Translations under genes and position numbers: made by a program
Notes under the pieces: model-generated
Databases searched by the model: none
What the model saw: the letters and a program-made list of their open reading frames with translations, nothing else
Told to the model about the DNA's origin: nothing
NCBI GenBank assembly: GCA_963746675.1
Contig: CAVVBX010000020.1
Coordinates: forward strand, 32,647-96,646
Direction: 5' to 3'
Source of the DNA: an uncultured Solirubrobacterales bacterium
Lineage (GTDB): Bacteria > Actinomycetota > Thermoleophilia > Solirubrobacterales > 70-9
Length of the DNA: 64,000 nucleotides
Shown: positions 20,617 to 29,176 of the stretch, in pieces
How positions within the stretch are numbered: position 1 is the stretch's first letter
How the letters are laid out: the number at the start of each line of letters is the position of its first letter

Positions 20617-21834
20617 ATGGACCACGATCGAACAGCCACAGCGACGATCGCTGAGGCGCCCGGCGCCTCCGGCACGAAGACGAGCACGCTCGAGTTGTCC
20701 GTGGTCATTCCCTGCCTGAACGAGGCCGAGGGGCTCCGGATCGTGGTCGAGAAGGCGCTGCGGACGATGCAGAGCGAGGAGATTGCCGGCGAGGTGATCG
20801 TGGTCGACAACGGCTCCGAGGACCGCTCGCCGGAGATCGCGGCCGCCGCGGGCGCGCGTGCCGTCCATGAGGCGCGGCGCGGCTACGGCTCCGCCTATCT
20901 CGCCGGCTTCGATGTGGCCTGCGGCACCTACATCCTCATGGGCGACGCTGACGACACCTACGACTTCACCCAACTCGGGCGCTTCGTCGAGCCGCTGCGC
21001 GCCGGAGCGGACCTCGTGATGGGCAACCGGATGGACGGTATCCAGCCCGGCGCTATGCCCTGGATGCATCGCCGGATCGGCAACCCGCTGCTCACCGGCT
21101 TGCTCAACCTGTTCTTTCGCACTGGCGTGAGCGACGCCCACTGCGGTATGCGTGCGTTTCGTCGCGACCTGCTACCGGACCTCGACCTGCGAACGACCGG
21201 CATGGAGTTCGCCTCCGAGCACGTGATCCGTTCCTCGAAGCTGCACCTCGACGTCCACGAGGTGGACATCGATTACCACGCGCGCGTCGGCGAGTCCAAG
21301 CTCTCGTCGTTCTCGGACGGTTGGCGCCACCTGAGGTTCCTGCTCGTCCACAGCCCGACCTGGCTGTTCATGGTTCCGGGCGCGATCATGTCGCTGCTCG
21401 GCACGATCGGCGTGATCGTCGTCCTCGCCGGGTTGGAGCTCTTCGGCCGGGAATGGGACTTCCATGCGCTGATCGCATCGGTTGCCGGGGTGGTTGTTGG
21501 AGCCCAGGTCATTCAGATCGGCGTGTTCTCGCGGGCTTTCGCTACGTACTATCTCGGCGAGCGCGACGGGCTCATCGAGGCCGTGCGCGCGCGCATACGG
21601 CTCGAGCATGGGCTGATCGCGGGCGTCGCGCTGCTCGGGGCCGGGCTCGCAATCGAGATCTGGGTGTTCGCGATCTGGCTCGAGCGCGGCCTGCGCGACC
21701 TCTCGGAGGAAAGGGTCGCTCTGGTCGGGCTGACCCTGATCATCCTCGGCCTGCAGACGATCTTCGGCGCCTTCTTCCTCTCCGTGCTCGGCCTGCGGCG
21801 ACCACCGCACGTGGGCGAGCCGGACCGCTCCTGA
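20617..21834 (+). CDS. GT2 polyprenyl-phosphate glycosyltransferase-like with C-terminal TM helices
   Basis: ATG 20617 inside listed ORF 19594..21834. LSVVIPCLNEAE, VVDNGSEDRS, GDADDTYD. Four C-terminal hydrophobic segments. Confidence 0.85.
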   Translation: MDHDRTATATIAEAPGASGTKTSTLELSVVIPCLNEAEGLRIVVEKALRTMQSEEIAGEVIVVDNGSEDRSPEIAAAAGARAVHEARRGYGSAYLAGFDVACGTYILMGDADDTYDFTQLGRFVEPLRAGADLVMGNRMDGIQPGAMPWMHRRIGNPLLTGLLNLFFRTGVSDAHCGMRAFRRDLLPDLDLRTTGMEFASEHVIRSSKLHLDVHEVDIDYHARVGESKLSSFSDGWRHLRFLLVHSPTWLFMVPGAIMSLLGTIGVIVVLAGLELFGREWDFHALIASVAGVVVGAQVIQIGVFSRAFATYYLGERDGLIEAVRARIRLEHGLIAGVALLGAGLAIEIWVFAIWLERGLRDLSEERVALVGLTLIILGLQTIFGAFFLSVLGLRRPPHVGEPDRS

Positions 21835-21857
21835 CTACCCCGGCCCGCCGGCCCCCG

Positions 21858-23003
21858 ATGCGGATCGTGATCACCAGCCATTACCGCCTGCCTCACCAGG
21901 GGGGTATCGAGGTCATGGTCGATGCCCTTGCGCGAGAGCTCGTCGACCGCGGCCACGACGTGGTACACGTCGCGCTGACACCGGCCGGCCAGGCGGCGGC
22001 CTCGCCAGCAAGCTACCTCTGCACGGATGTCCGGTGCCTGAACGCACTCGAGCGGAGGCTGGACGTTCCGTACCCGATCAGTGGCCCCGATCTGGTCCGA
22101 CAGCTCGATCGCGAGCTCTCGGGGGCGGACGTGCTGCACGCTCACGGCTTTCTCTATCTCCCCACGCTCGCCGCCTATCCGATCGCGGCTCGCAAACGGA
22201 TACCACGAGTTCTCACCGAGCACGTCGGGCACGTCCCCTACCGGAATCCGGTCCTGGATCTCGCGGAGCGGGCCGCGATCGCCACCATAGGGCGCAGCGT
22301 CGTGCGCGCGTCCGATGCCGCCATCGTCTTCAACGAGTCCGTGCGCGAGCTCGTCGCCGGCCTGGGGCCGGCGACGAGGATTGAGTGGATCGACAACGGC
22401 ATCGACGTCGACTTCTTCTCCCCGCCGGAGCCGGATGAGCGGGGTCGCCTTCGCGCGGGGCTCGGCTGGGATGGGCGACCGCGGGTGCTGTTCGTGGGGC
22501 GCGCGGTGAAGAAGAAGGGGCTCGAGCTCGCGATCCGGGCCGTCAACCTCGCCGACGGGGCATTCGACCTGGTCGTGGCCGGGTCAGACGAGCCATGTCC
22601 AGAGCCCGGGGTCGAGGTCCGCGGCATCATGCCCCGTGAGGAGCTGCGAAGTCTCTACCGTGCGGTCGACGCCCTCATCGTCCCCGCTCGGGGCGAAGGG
22701 CTGCCGCTCACGGTTCAGGAGGCGCTGTCCAGCGGGGTGCCGGTTGTGATGACAGACGATCCGGGATACAGAGCAACGTTCGTCGAGATCGGCGAGTCGG
22801 TCGACCTGGTCCGGCGCGACCCGGCCGAGTTCAGCCGCGCATTGCGGAGGCGCTTCGAGCAAGGCCGCGGGGCCGTCGACCTCGCCGCGGCGGAGTTCAG
22901 CCGCGCGCATTTCTCGCTTCGGTCCTCGGTGGACCGCCACGAGCGCCTCTACGAGTCGCTGCTCGGCGATCGGGCCGAGCGCGCGGGCGCGGGGGCGACG
23001 TGA
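21858..23003 (+). CDS. GT4 glycosyltransferase
   Basis: ATG 21858. MRIVITSHYRLPHQGGIEV, with the C-terminal EGLPLTVQEALSSGVPVV (the E-x7-E region). Confidence 0.85.
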   Translation: MRIVITSHYRLPHQGGIEVMVDALARELVDRGHDVVHVALTPAGQAAASPASYLCTDVRCLNALERRLDVPYPISGPDLVRQLDRELSGADVLHAHGFLYLPTLAAYPIAARKRIPRVLTEHVGHVPYRNPVLDLAERAAIATIGRSVVRASDAAIVFNESVRELVAGLGPATRIEWIDNGIDVDFFSPPEPDERGRLRAGLGWDGRPRVLFVGRAVKKKGLELAIRAVNLADGAFDLVVAGSDEPCPEPGVEVRGIMPREELRSLYRAVDALIVPARGEGLPLTVQEALSSGVPVVMTDDPGYRATFVEIGESVDLVRRDPAEFSRALRRRFEQGRGAVDLAAAEFSRAHFSLRSSVDRHERLYESLLGDRAERAGAGAT

Positions 23004-23004
23004 T

Positions 23005-23814
23005 GTGAGCTCGCCGGCGCCCACACCGCGCACGGGCCTGCGCCAGCTCACGACCGCGAGCGCCTGGCGCTCGCTCGTCCACCGCCCGCGCTCCTTCCTT
23101 CGCAATCTGCTTCAAGGGCCCGAGTTCCTTCTCGACCGGCGCCACCACACGGGTGTCGAGCCGTTTCGCGCGATCGCCAAGTCCGAGCCGGAGGCGGTCT
23201 GCGAGGCGCTCGGGATCGAGCTCGGGCAATACGAGGCCCTCATCTCCGAGCTCTGGACCCCGGAGGCGGATTCCACCGATCCCCTCAGTGCCTGGAACGC
23301 CCGCGACCAACTCCTGCGCATCGTCGGAGCGACCGTGCAGTGCCTGCGGCCCGAGGTGATGGTCGAGACGGGGGTCGCGGTGGGATTCACCACGGCCACG
23401 GTGCTCAGGGCGATGGAGGAGAACGGCCGCGGCCGGCTGTACTCCATCGACCTGCCGGCGCTTCAGTACGACACCGATCGCCCGATCGGATCCGCCGTCC
23501 CGGAGGAGCTCAAGCATCGCTGGGACCTTCGCCTCGGCGATTCCCGGAAGCTGCTCCGGCCGCTTGCGGAGGAGGTCGGCCCCGTCGACATCTTCCTCCA
23601 CGACGCGCTGCACACCTACGCGTCCCAGCGGCGCGAGTATCGAACCATGTGGCCGCATCTGAGATCGGGCGGGGTGCTGATCTCCGACGACGTCGAAAAT
23701 CCGGCTCTGATCGAGCTCGCCCAGGAGGTCGGGGTCGAACCCCAGATCATCCTCGGCTCGAATCGCCGCAGCGAGGCCGGGGGGTCCGCGATCGGGCTGC
23801 TTCGGAGGCCGTGA
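23005..23814 (+). CDS. class I SAM-dependent methyltransferase
   Basis: VETGVAVGFTTATVL motif I and a DIFLHDALH segment. Starts 1 nt after the GT4 stop. Confidence 0.7.
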   Translation: MSSPAPTPRTGLRQLTTASAWRSLVHRPRSFLRNLLQGPEFLLDRRHHTGVEPFRAIAKSEPEAVCEALGIELGQYEALISELWTPEADSTDPLSAWNARDQLLRIVGATVQCLRPEVMVETGVAVGFTTATVLRAMEENGRGRLYSIDLPALQYDTDRPIGSAVPEELKHRWDLRLGDSRKLLRPLAEEVGPVDIFLHDALHTYASQRREYRTMWPHLRSGGVLISDDVENPALIELAQEVGVEPQIILGSNRRSEAGGSAIGLLRRP

Positions 23815-24845
23815 GCCAGGCGCCACCGAACCGCCGGCTGATCTCGCGGCTCAACTCCTGGCCGGTTCGAGCGCTCGTGAGTATCGTGCTGCTCGCGTTG
23901 GTGGCATCGCAGATCGGATGGGACGCGGTCGGCGACACCCTCGCCGACGCGTCTTGGGCCTGGTTCGGGGCTGCGGTGGTGCTCGTGTTCCTGGGTCTGG
24001 TCGGCGGGGGCATCCGCTGGTATTTGTTCGTTCGAGCCGCGGATCTCCGATCGGGGCCGGTTCGGACCGCGCGGGCGTACGCGGTCGGCACCTTCTCCAA
24101 CAACGTGCTTCCAACCGGGTTCGGGGGCGACCTGGTGAGGGCCGTGATGATCGCACCAACCAAGGAGCCCCTCGTCGCGCGAGCGTTCGCGTCGGTGTTT
24201 GCGGATCGGGTCAACGCCTTCGTCTGCTCGCTGGTTCTCGCCTGGCTCGGCGTTGCGCTCGAGGGCGGCGACATGCCCGGTTCACTGTTCGCTCTGCTGG
24301 CGCTGAGCACGTCCGCGGCGGTGCTCGGCATCGGCGCCGGGACCGTTGCACTCAAGGGGGGTGGCCTAGGTGCGATCCTCCCCGGCGCCGTGAGGCCGTG
24401 GACGGGTGAGGCGGCGTCGGCCCTGCTCACCTTCGCCCGGGATCGGCGCCTCAAGTTCGAGACCGTCGGCCTCGGCCTCGCGGTTCAGGCGCTCATGGTC
24501 CTCTCGGCCGGCTGTCTCAGCGAGACGCTCGGCCTCGGGATCCAGCTGGGCGTGCTCGCCGTGGTTGCGCCACTGGCCCTGACCGCGGTGCTGATCCCGG
24601 TCTCGATCGCCGGGTTCGGGGTCCGGGAAGCCGCCTTCGTCGGTTTGCTAGGCCCGGTTGGGGTCAGCGCCGCCGATGCGACGCTGTTCTCGCTGCTCTC
24701 CGTCGCGGCGATGACGATCGCGTCGCTTCCCGGGGGTGTGGCGATCCTCCTCGGCGGCGGCCGGGGGAACCCGGACCCCGATTCAGCCGGGCGGCCCCGT
24801 TTGCCGCCAACGGCCGATGAACTGGTAGTCGTTGGCGATCGCTGA
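23811..24845 (+). CDS. flippase-like membrane protein (LPG-synthase TM / UPF0104-like)
   Basis: GTG 23811 overlaps the upstream stop (GTGA). About 8 hydrophobic segments. The NNVLPTGFGGDLVRA motif is typical of this family. Confidence 0.65.
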   Translation: MSQAPPNRRLISRLNSWPVRALVSIVLLALVASQIGWDAVGDTLADASWAWFGAAVVLVFLGLVGGGIRWYLFVRAADLRSGPVRTARAYAVGTFSNNVLPTGFGGDLVRAVMIAPTKEPLVARAFASVFADRVNAFVCSLVLAWLGVALEGGDMPGSLFALLALSTSAAVLGIGAGTVALKGGGLGAILPGAVRPWTGEAASALLTFARDRRLKFETVGLGLAVQALMVLSAGCLSETLGLGIQLGVLAVVAPLALTAVLIPVSIAGFGVREAAFVGLLGPVGVSAADATLFSLLSVAAMTIASLPGGVAILLGGGRGNPDPDSAGRPRLPPTADELVVVGDR

Positions 24846-25387
24846 AGCTCGACCTGCTCGAAGCCGGCCGCTTCGATCGCCGGCAGCCACTCCCAGCCAC
24901 GCTGGGGATCCGAAGCGGCAATTGTCGGGCTCGTCCAGCAATCCGATCAGCAGCTCGGTTCGAAACCTGTCGTAGGTGTGGTCTTGAGCACGAAGTGGCT
25001 GCCGGCGCAGCGCAGCGCCTCGCGGCAGGGTCTCGGTCGGCGCTGGGCTGTGATGGATGACGTCGATCGAGTAGACGAGATCGACGGCCCCTTAGCCGAA
25101 CGGAAGCCGGCGGCCGTCGTAGACGAGCGGCTCGATGAGGCTGTTGGGCCGCGCCCTGACGTCAACGGCCGTGACCTCGGCGACGGCGTTCGCATCGAGC
25201 AGCCCCCGGGCGAGGCAGCCACCCCCGAGCCGAAGTCGAGCGCGCGCTCGACCGGCCCGATCCGCGAGGTCACCTCCGGCAGGTGGTCGCGCGCGTTCCG
25301 TCGAGAGACGCCTGCGCGATGCTCCGTTCTCCACCCCGTGCCGGGGCCGGAGCCGCCTCGCCGCGATGAGGCCGCCCGGTCGGGCAT
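24783..25387 (-). pseudogene. class I SAM-dependent methyltransferase with in-frame TAA and several frameshifts
   Basis: The pieces are ALDFGSG, LLDANAVAEVTAVDVRA...YDGRRLPFG, then TAA at 25092..25094, then GAVDLVYSIDVIHHSP in the same frame. REALRCAGSHFVLKD and WEWLPAIEAAGFEQVEL are in other frames. Confidence 0.7.
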
Positions 25388-25427
25388 CGCCGGCAGCGTA
25401 GATGAAGGCGCGAGCCGGCGGCCGCGT

Positions 25428-26087
25428 TTACGGCTCGATCAGCCCGCGCCTGATCGCGTAGCGGACCAGCTCGACCCGGTCTCGCATGCCGAGCTTGCGC
25501 ATCGCGTTCGAGCGGTGGTTCTCGACCGTCTTCTCGGAGAGGTGGAGGATCTCGGCGATCTCCTTGTTCGTGTGCGCCTCGGCGACCAGCTTCACCACCT
25601 CCTGCTCGCGCGGGGTGAGCTCGTCCGACCGCCCGGCGCCCTGGCCGAGCACGTCCTTGATCAGGGCCCGCTGGGCCTCGGGAGTGAGGAAGGGCTCGCC
25701 GCGCTCGACCGCGCGCACGGCCTCGAGCAGGTCGACGTCCGCCTGTGCCTTGAGCACGTAGCCCGAGGCGCCCGCCTTGAGCGCCTCGAACAGGTAGCGC
25801 TCGTCGTCGTACATGGAGAGGATCAGCACCGAGACGTCGGGCGCCTGCTCGCGGATCTCGCGCGTCGCCTGGAGCCCGGTCAGCTTCGGCATCTTGACGT
25901 CGAGGATCGCCAGGTCCGGGCGCTCGCGGATCGCCATGTCGCGCGCGGTCGCGCCGTCGGAGGCCTCGGCGATCACCTCGATGTCCTCCTGCTGCTCGAG
26001 CAGCATTCGCAGCCCCGAGCGCACGATCCCGTGATCGTCGGCGATCAGCACCCGCACGTCTGCGTCACCCGACCTCAATCCTGTCAT
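25428..26087 (-). CDS. NarL/LuxR-family response regulator
   Basis: Receiver VLIADDH...DLAILDVKMP plus a LuxR HTH LTPREQEVVKLVAEAHTNKEIAEIL. Alternative GTG start at 26057. Confidence 0.9.
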   Translation of the reverse strand: MTGLRSGDADVRVLIADDHGIVRSGLRMLLEQQEDIEVIAEASDGATARDMAIRERPDLAILDVKMPKLTGLQATREIREQAPDVSVLILSMYDDERYLFEALKAGASGYVLKAQADVDLLEAVRAVERGEPFLTPEAQRALIKDVLGQGAGRSDELTPREQEVVKLVAEAHTNKEIAEILHLSEKTVENHRSNAMRKLGMRDRVELVRYAIRRGLIEP

Positions 26088-27063
26088 CAGTAACCCCTAT
26101 CGGCACGAGAAGCCGAACACTTGTGCCGACCTGTGGCCGGGACTCGACCTGAAGGTCGCCGTTGACGAGCAGCGCACGCTCGCGCATGCCCGCGAGCCCG
26201 AGCCCCTGGGACGCCTGGTCGAAGGTGAACCCGCGCCCGTCGTCGGCGATCGTCAGCGCGACCGAGCCGTTGTCGCGCTCGAGCTGCACGCGGACGTGCG
26301 CCGCGCCCGAATGGCGCACGGCGTTCGAGAGCGCCTCCTGCGCGACCCGGTAGGCGACGATCTGGACGTCCTGGGGCACCGAGGCGATGTCGCCGTCGGC
26401 CTCGAAGGAGGCGTCGATTCCACTTTGCCGCCCGAGCTCTGTCACGTGGCTCGAGAGGGCCGCCTTGAGGCCGAGGTCGTCGAGCGCCGTCGGGCGAAGC
26501 TGACGCGCGAGCGCGAGCAGCTCCTGCATCGCTCGGTTCGCCAGCGCCCTGATCTCGGCCAGCTCGCCGGCGAGCTCGGGCGGCGCCTTCTCGCGGGCGG
26601 CCTCGAGCCGCAGCAGCAATCCGGTCAGCGACTGGTTGACCTCGTCGTGGAGGTCGCGGGCGATCCGCGCCCGCTCCTCCTCCTGCGCATCCAGCGCCGC
26701 GCTCGAGGCTCGCCGGCGCTCGGCCTCGAGCCGCTCGAGCATGCGCATGAACGTCTGGTGGAGGCGCTCGACCTCCTCGGGTCCCCCGGGGCTGATCGCG
26801 TCGTCGGCGTTGGCGCCGGGGCGGGAGAGGTCGGCGCGCTCCATCTGGTCGACGAGTTGCTCGAGCGGCCGGAAGCGGCGCCCGAGCAGGAAGACGTTGA
26901 ACAGGATCGTGAACGCGACCGCGAACCCGAGGACGAGCGCCGCCTCGGGCCTCTCGCTGAGGTTCACGTCCGGATTGGAGGCGATGATCGCGGCAACCAC
27001 CGCCGCCACGATCAGCAGCAGGTTGACGATCAGGACCTGGGTCAGAAGATCGCGGCGCCTCAT
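26065..27063 (-). CDS. sensor histidine kinase (HisKA_3/NarX-DesK type)
   Basis: N-terminal TM helices, H-box ARDLHDEVNQSL, ATPase part NAVRHSGA...DDGRGF...GLGLAGMRERA. Confidence 0.9.
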   Translation of the reverse strand: MRRRDLLTQVLIVNLLLIVAAVVAAIIASNPDVNLSERPEAALVLGFAVAFTILFNVFLLGRRFRPLEQLVDQMERADLSRPGANADDAISPGGPEEVERLHQTFMRMLERLEAERRRASSAALDAQEEERARIARDLHDEVNQSLTGLLLRLEAAREKAPPELAGELAEIRALANRAMQELLALARQLRPTALDDLGLKAALSSHVTELGRQSGIDASFEADGDIASVPQDVQIVAYRVAQEALSNAVRHSGAAHVRVQLERDNGSVALTIADDGRGFTFDQASQGLGLAGMRERALLVNGDLQVESRPQVGTSVRLLVPIGVTDDRIEVG

Positions 27064-27110
27064 CCGTCCAAGGTATCGGTGCCGCCCCCCGTAACCAGTA
27101 ATCCGGCAGA

Positions 27111-27153
27111 AGGGGTGAAACCCCTAGGCCGAATAGGGGCCAGCCCCTATTCG
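27111..27153. promoter_or_regulatory. two adjacent stem-loops in the kinase/htpX divergent region
   Basis: aggggtgaaacccct at 27111..27125. cgaatagggg ccag cccctattcg at 27130..27153, a 10-bp perfect stem. Confidence 0.35.
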
Positions 27154-27248
27154 CCGGGCGGCGGGGATCGTCAGAATGTGCAGATACAGGTTCAGGCCCG
27201 GCCGCCTATCGCTGAGAGCCGGGCAGCATCAAGGAGAGTGCCCCCGCA

Positions 27249-28109
27249 ATGACGACCACGCGCAAGTCCACCTTCGCCGCCGGCCTCAGGACGACGATCC
27301 TGATGGCGACGCTCGGCGGTCTGCTGGTAGCGATCGGCTACCTGATCGGCGGCATCAACATCGCCGGCGTCTTCCTCGCGATCGCGCTGGTGATGAACTT
27401 CGTCGCCTACTGGTTCAGCGACAAGATCGCGCTCCGCAGCGCGCGAGCCCAGCCGCTGTCCGAGCAGGAGGCGCCGGGCCTCTACCAGATGGTTCGCGAG
27501 TTGACCACGCGCGCCGAGCTGCCGATGCCCACGCTGCACATGATCCCGAGCGACCAGCCGAACGCGTTCGCGACCGGCCGCAATCCCAAGCACGCCGCCG
27601 TCGCGGTGACCCAGGGGATCACCAAGTTGCTGTCCGAGGACGAGCTGCGCGGCGTGATCTCCCACGAGCTGGCGCACATCCGCAATCGCGACATCCTGAC
27701 CCAGTCGGTCGCCTCCGCGATCGGCGCCATGATCACCTACATGGCGTACTTCTTCATGTGGTTCGGGGGCGACGACGAGTCGCCGTTGAGCCTGGTCGCG
27801 AGTCTCGCGATGATCATCCTCGCCCCGATCGCGGCGAGCCTGATCCAGCTCGCGGTCTCTCGCCAGCGGGAGTACGCCGCCGACGCCACCGGCGCCGGGT
27901 TCTGCGGCAACCCTGAGTCGCTCGCCTCGGCGCTGCTGCGGCTCGAGGAGGGGGCGAAGGCGATGCCGATGCAGGTCAACCAGGCGACCGAGCCGCTCTA
28001 CATCGTCAAGCCGTTCTCGGGCCGCGGGATCGCCGGCCTGTTCTCGACCCACCCGCCGATCGAGGAGCGCGTCCGTCGCCTGCGGCAGATGCGCCCGGCG
28101 CTCGGCTAG
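27249..28109 (+). CDS. htpX: zinc metalloprotease HtpX (M48)
   Basis: HELAHIRNRD (HExxH), four TM segments, C-terminal STHPPIEERV. Confidence 0.93.
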   Translation: MTTTRKSTFAAGLRTTILMATLGGLLVAIGYLIGGINIAGVFLAIALVMNFVAYWFSDKIALRSARAQPLSEQEAPGLYQMVRELTTRAELPMPTLHMIPSDQPNAFATGRNPKHAAVAVTQGITKLLSEDELRGVISHELAHIRNRDILTQSVASAIGAMITYMAYFFMWFGGDDESPLSLVASLAMIILAPIAASLIQLAVSRQREYAADATGAGFCGNPESLASALLRLEEGAKAMPMQVNQATEPLYIVKPFSGRGIAGLFSTHPPIEERVRRLRQMRPALG

Positions 28110-28147
28110 AGCGGCCCCGCGGGCGCATCAGCTACTCGATAGTCGTC

Positions 28148-29050
28148 GTGACGTGGGAGTGCGCAGGCCGCCTGCGCACTCTCGTCGCGTCGATGAACGA
28201 GCACCTCGACGGCGCCGCGGAGCTGATCGTGGTGGACAACGCGTCGACCGACTCGCCCGGTGAGGCCGCCTCGCGGTGGAAGGGGCGCCGGCGGTTGATC
28301 GCGCTCGACGACAACGTCGGCTTCGGCGCCGGCTCGAACCGGGGCGTCGGCGAGGCGTCCGAGCCGGTGACGGTGCTGCTCAACCCGGACACGGAGCTGC
28401 TCGACGACGGGCTCGACCGGCTCGCCGCGGCCGCCGCGGATCTCGACTCGCTCGTCGGCCCGCGGGTGCTCAACGCCGACCGCACCCCTCAGCCTTCTGC
28501 GAGCGGCCCGGAGGTCGGCCCGTGGCCGTGGGCGAGGGCGCTGATTCCCGCCGCGATACAGCCGGAGGCGCTGCGCGCCCACACCGAGCCGTACCGGCTC
28601 GAACGCCGGGTTCGCGTCGCCTGGCTCAACGGCGCGTGCATCGCCGCGCCGACCGACGTCCTGCGCCGGCTCGGGCCGTTCGACCCGGCGCTGCACATGT
28701 ACGGCGAGGACGTCGACCTCGGTCTGCGCGCGACGGCGGCCGGGGTCGGCTCGTGGTTCGACCCCACCGCCTGCCGCGTGGTCCACCACGGCCAGGGTTC
28801 GTCCCCCTTGCTCTACGGCTCCCGCGAGGGCTGGCGCCCGACCGGGACGCTGAACTGGCGAGCGGCGGTTCGCCGCGCCCACGGCGCGCGGCGCGAGTGG
28901 CTCGGCTGGCGCGCCCTGCGGCTCAACCTGCGCCTGCGTCTTGTCGGCAAGACGCTGCTCGGGCGCGCGACCGACCGCGACCGCGCCGCGCTGGCCGGGG
29001 CGATCGCTGCCGATCCCCCTCCGGTGCTGCCTTCCCCGCCCGCGCCGTAG
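28148..29050 (+). CDS. GT2 glycosyltransferase
   Basis: VVDNASTDS, NVGFGAGSNRG, LNPDTEL. The expected first beta-strand (SIVVV) lies just upstream of the GTG 28148 start with no canonical start codon, so the N-terminus is uncertain. Confidence 0.75.
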   Translation: MTWECAGRLRTLVASMNEHLDGAAELIVVDNASTDSPGEAASRWKGRRRLIALDDNVGFGAGSNRGVGEASEPVTVLLNPDTELLDDGLDRLAAAAADLDSLVGPRVLNADRTPQPSASGPEVGPWPWARALIPAAIQPEALRAHTEPYRLERRVRVAWLNGACIAAPTDVLRRLGPFDPALHMYGEDVDLGLRATAAGVGSWFDPTACRVVHHGQGSSPLLYGSREGWRPTGTLNWRAAVRRAHGARREWLGWRALRLNLRLRLVGKTLLGRATDRDRAALAGAIAADPPPVLPSPPAP

Positions 29051-29056
29051 CCACAC

Positions 29057-29102
29057 CGAACGTCCCGGACGGGCTCTCATGCGCTGCAGTCCGGGACGTT
29101 CG
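29057..29102 (+). terminator. 14-bp perfect inverted repeat (cgaacgtcccggac ... gtccgggacgttcg), 18-nt loop
   Basis: Begins 7 nt after the GT2 stop. No T-tract. Followed by an AT-richer stretch before the next gene. Confidence 0.5.
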
Positions 29103-29176
29103 ACCGGCGAGGGGCCTCGTTGCTATCCTTTCTGAAGTAAAGGCTTGATTCCCGATAGGGATTAGGAGATTTAGCG

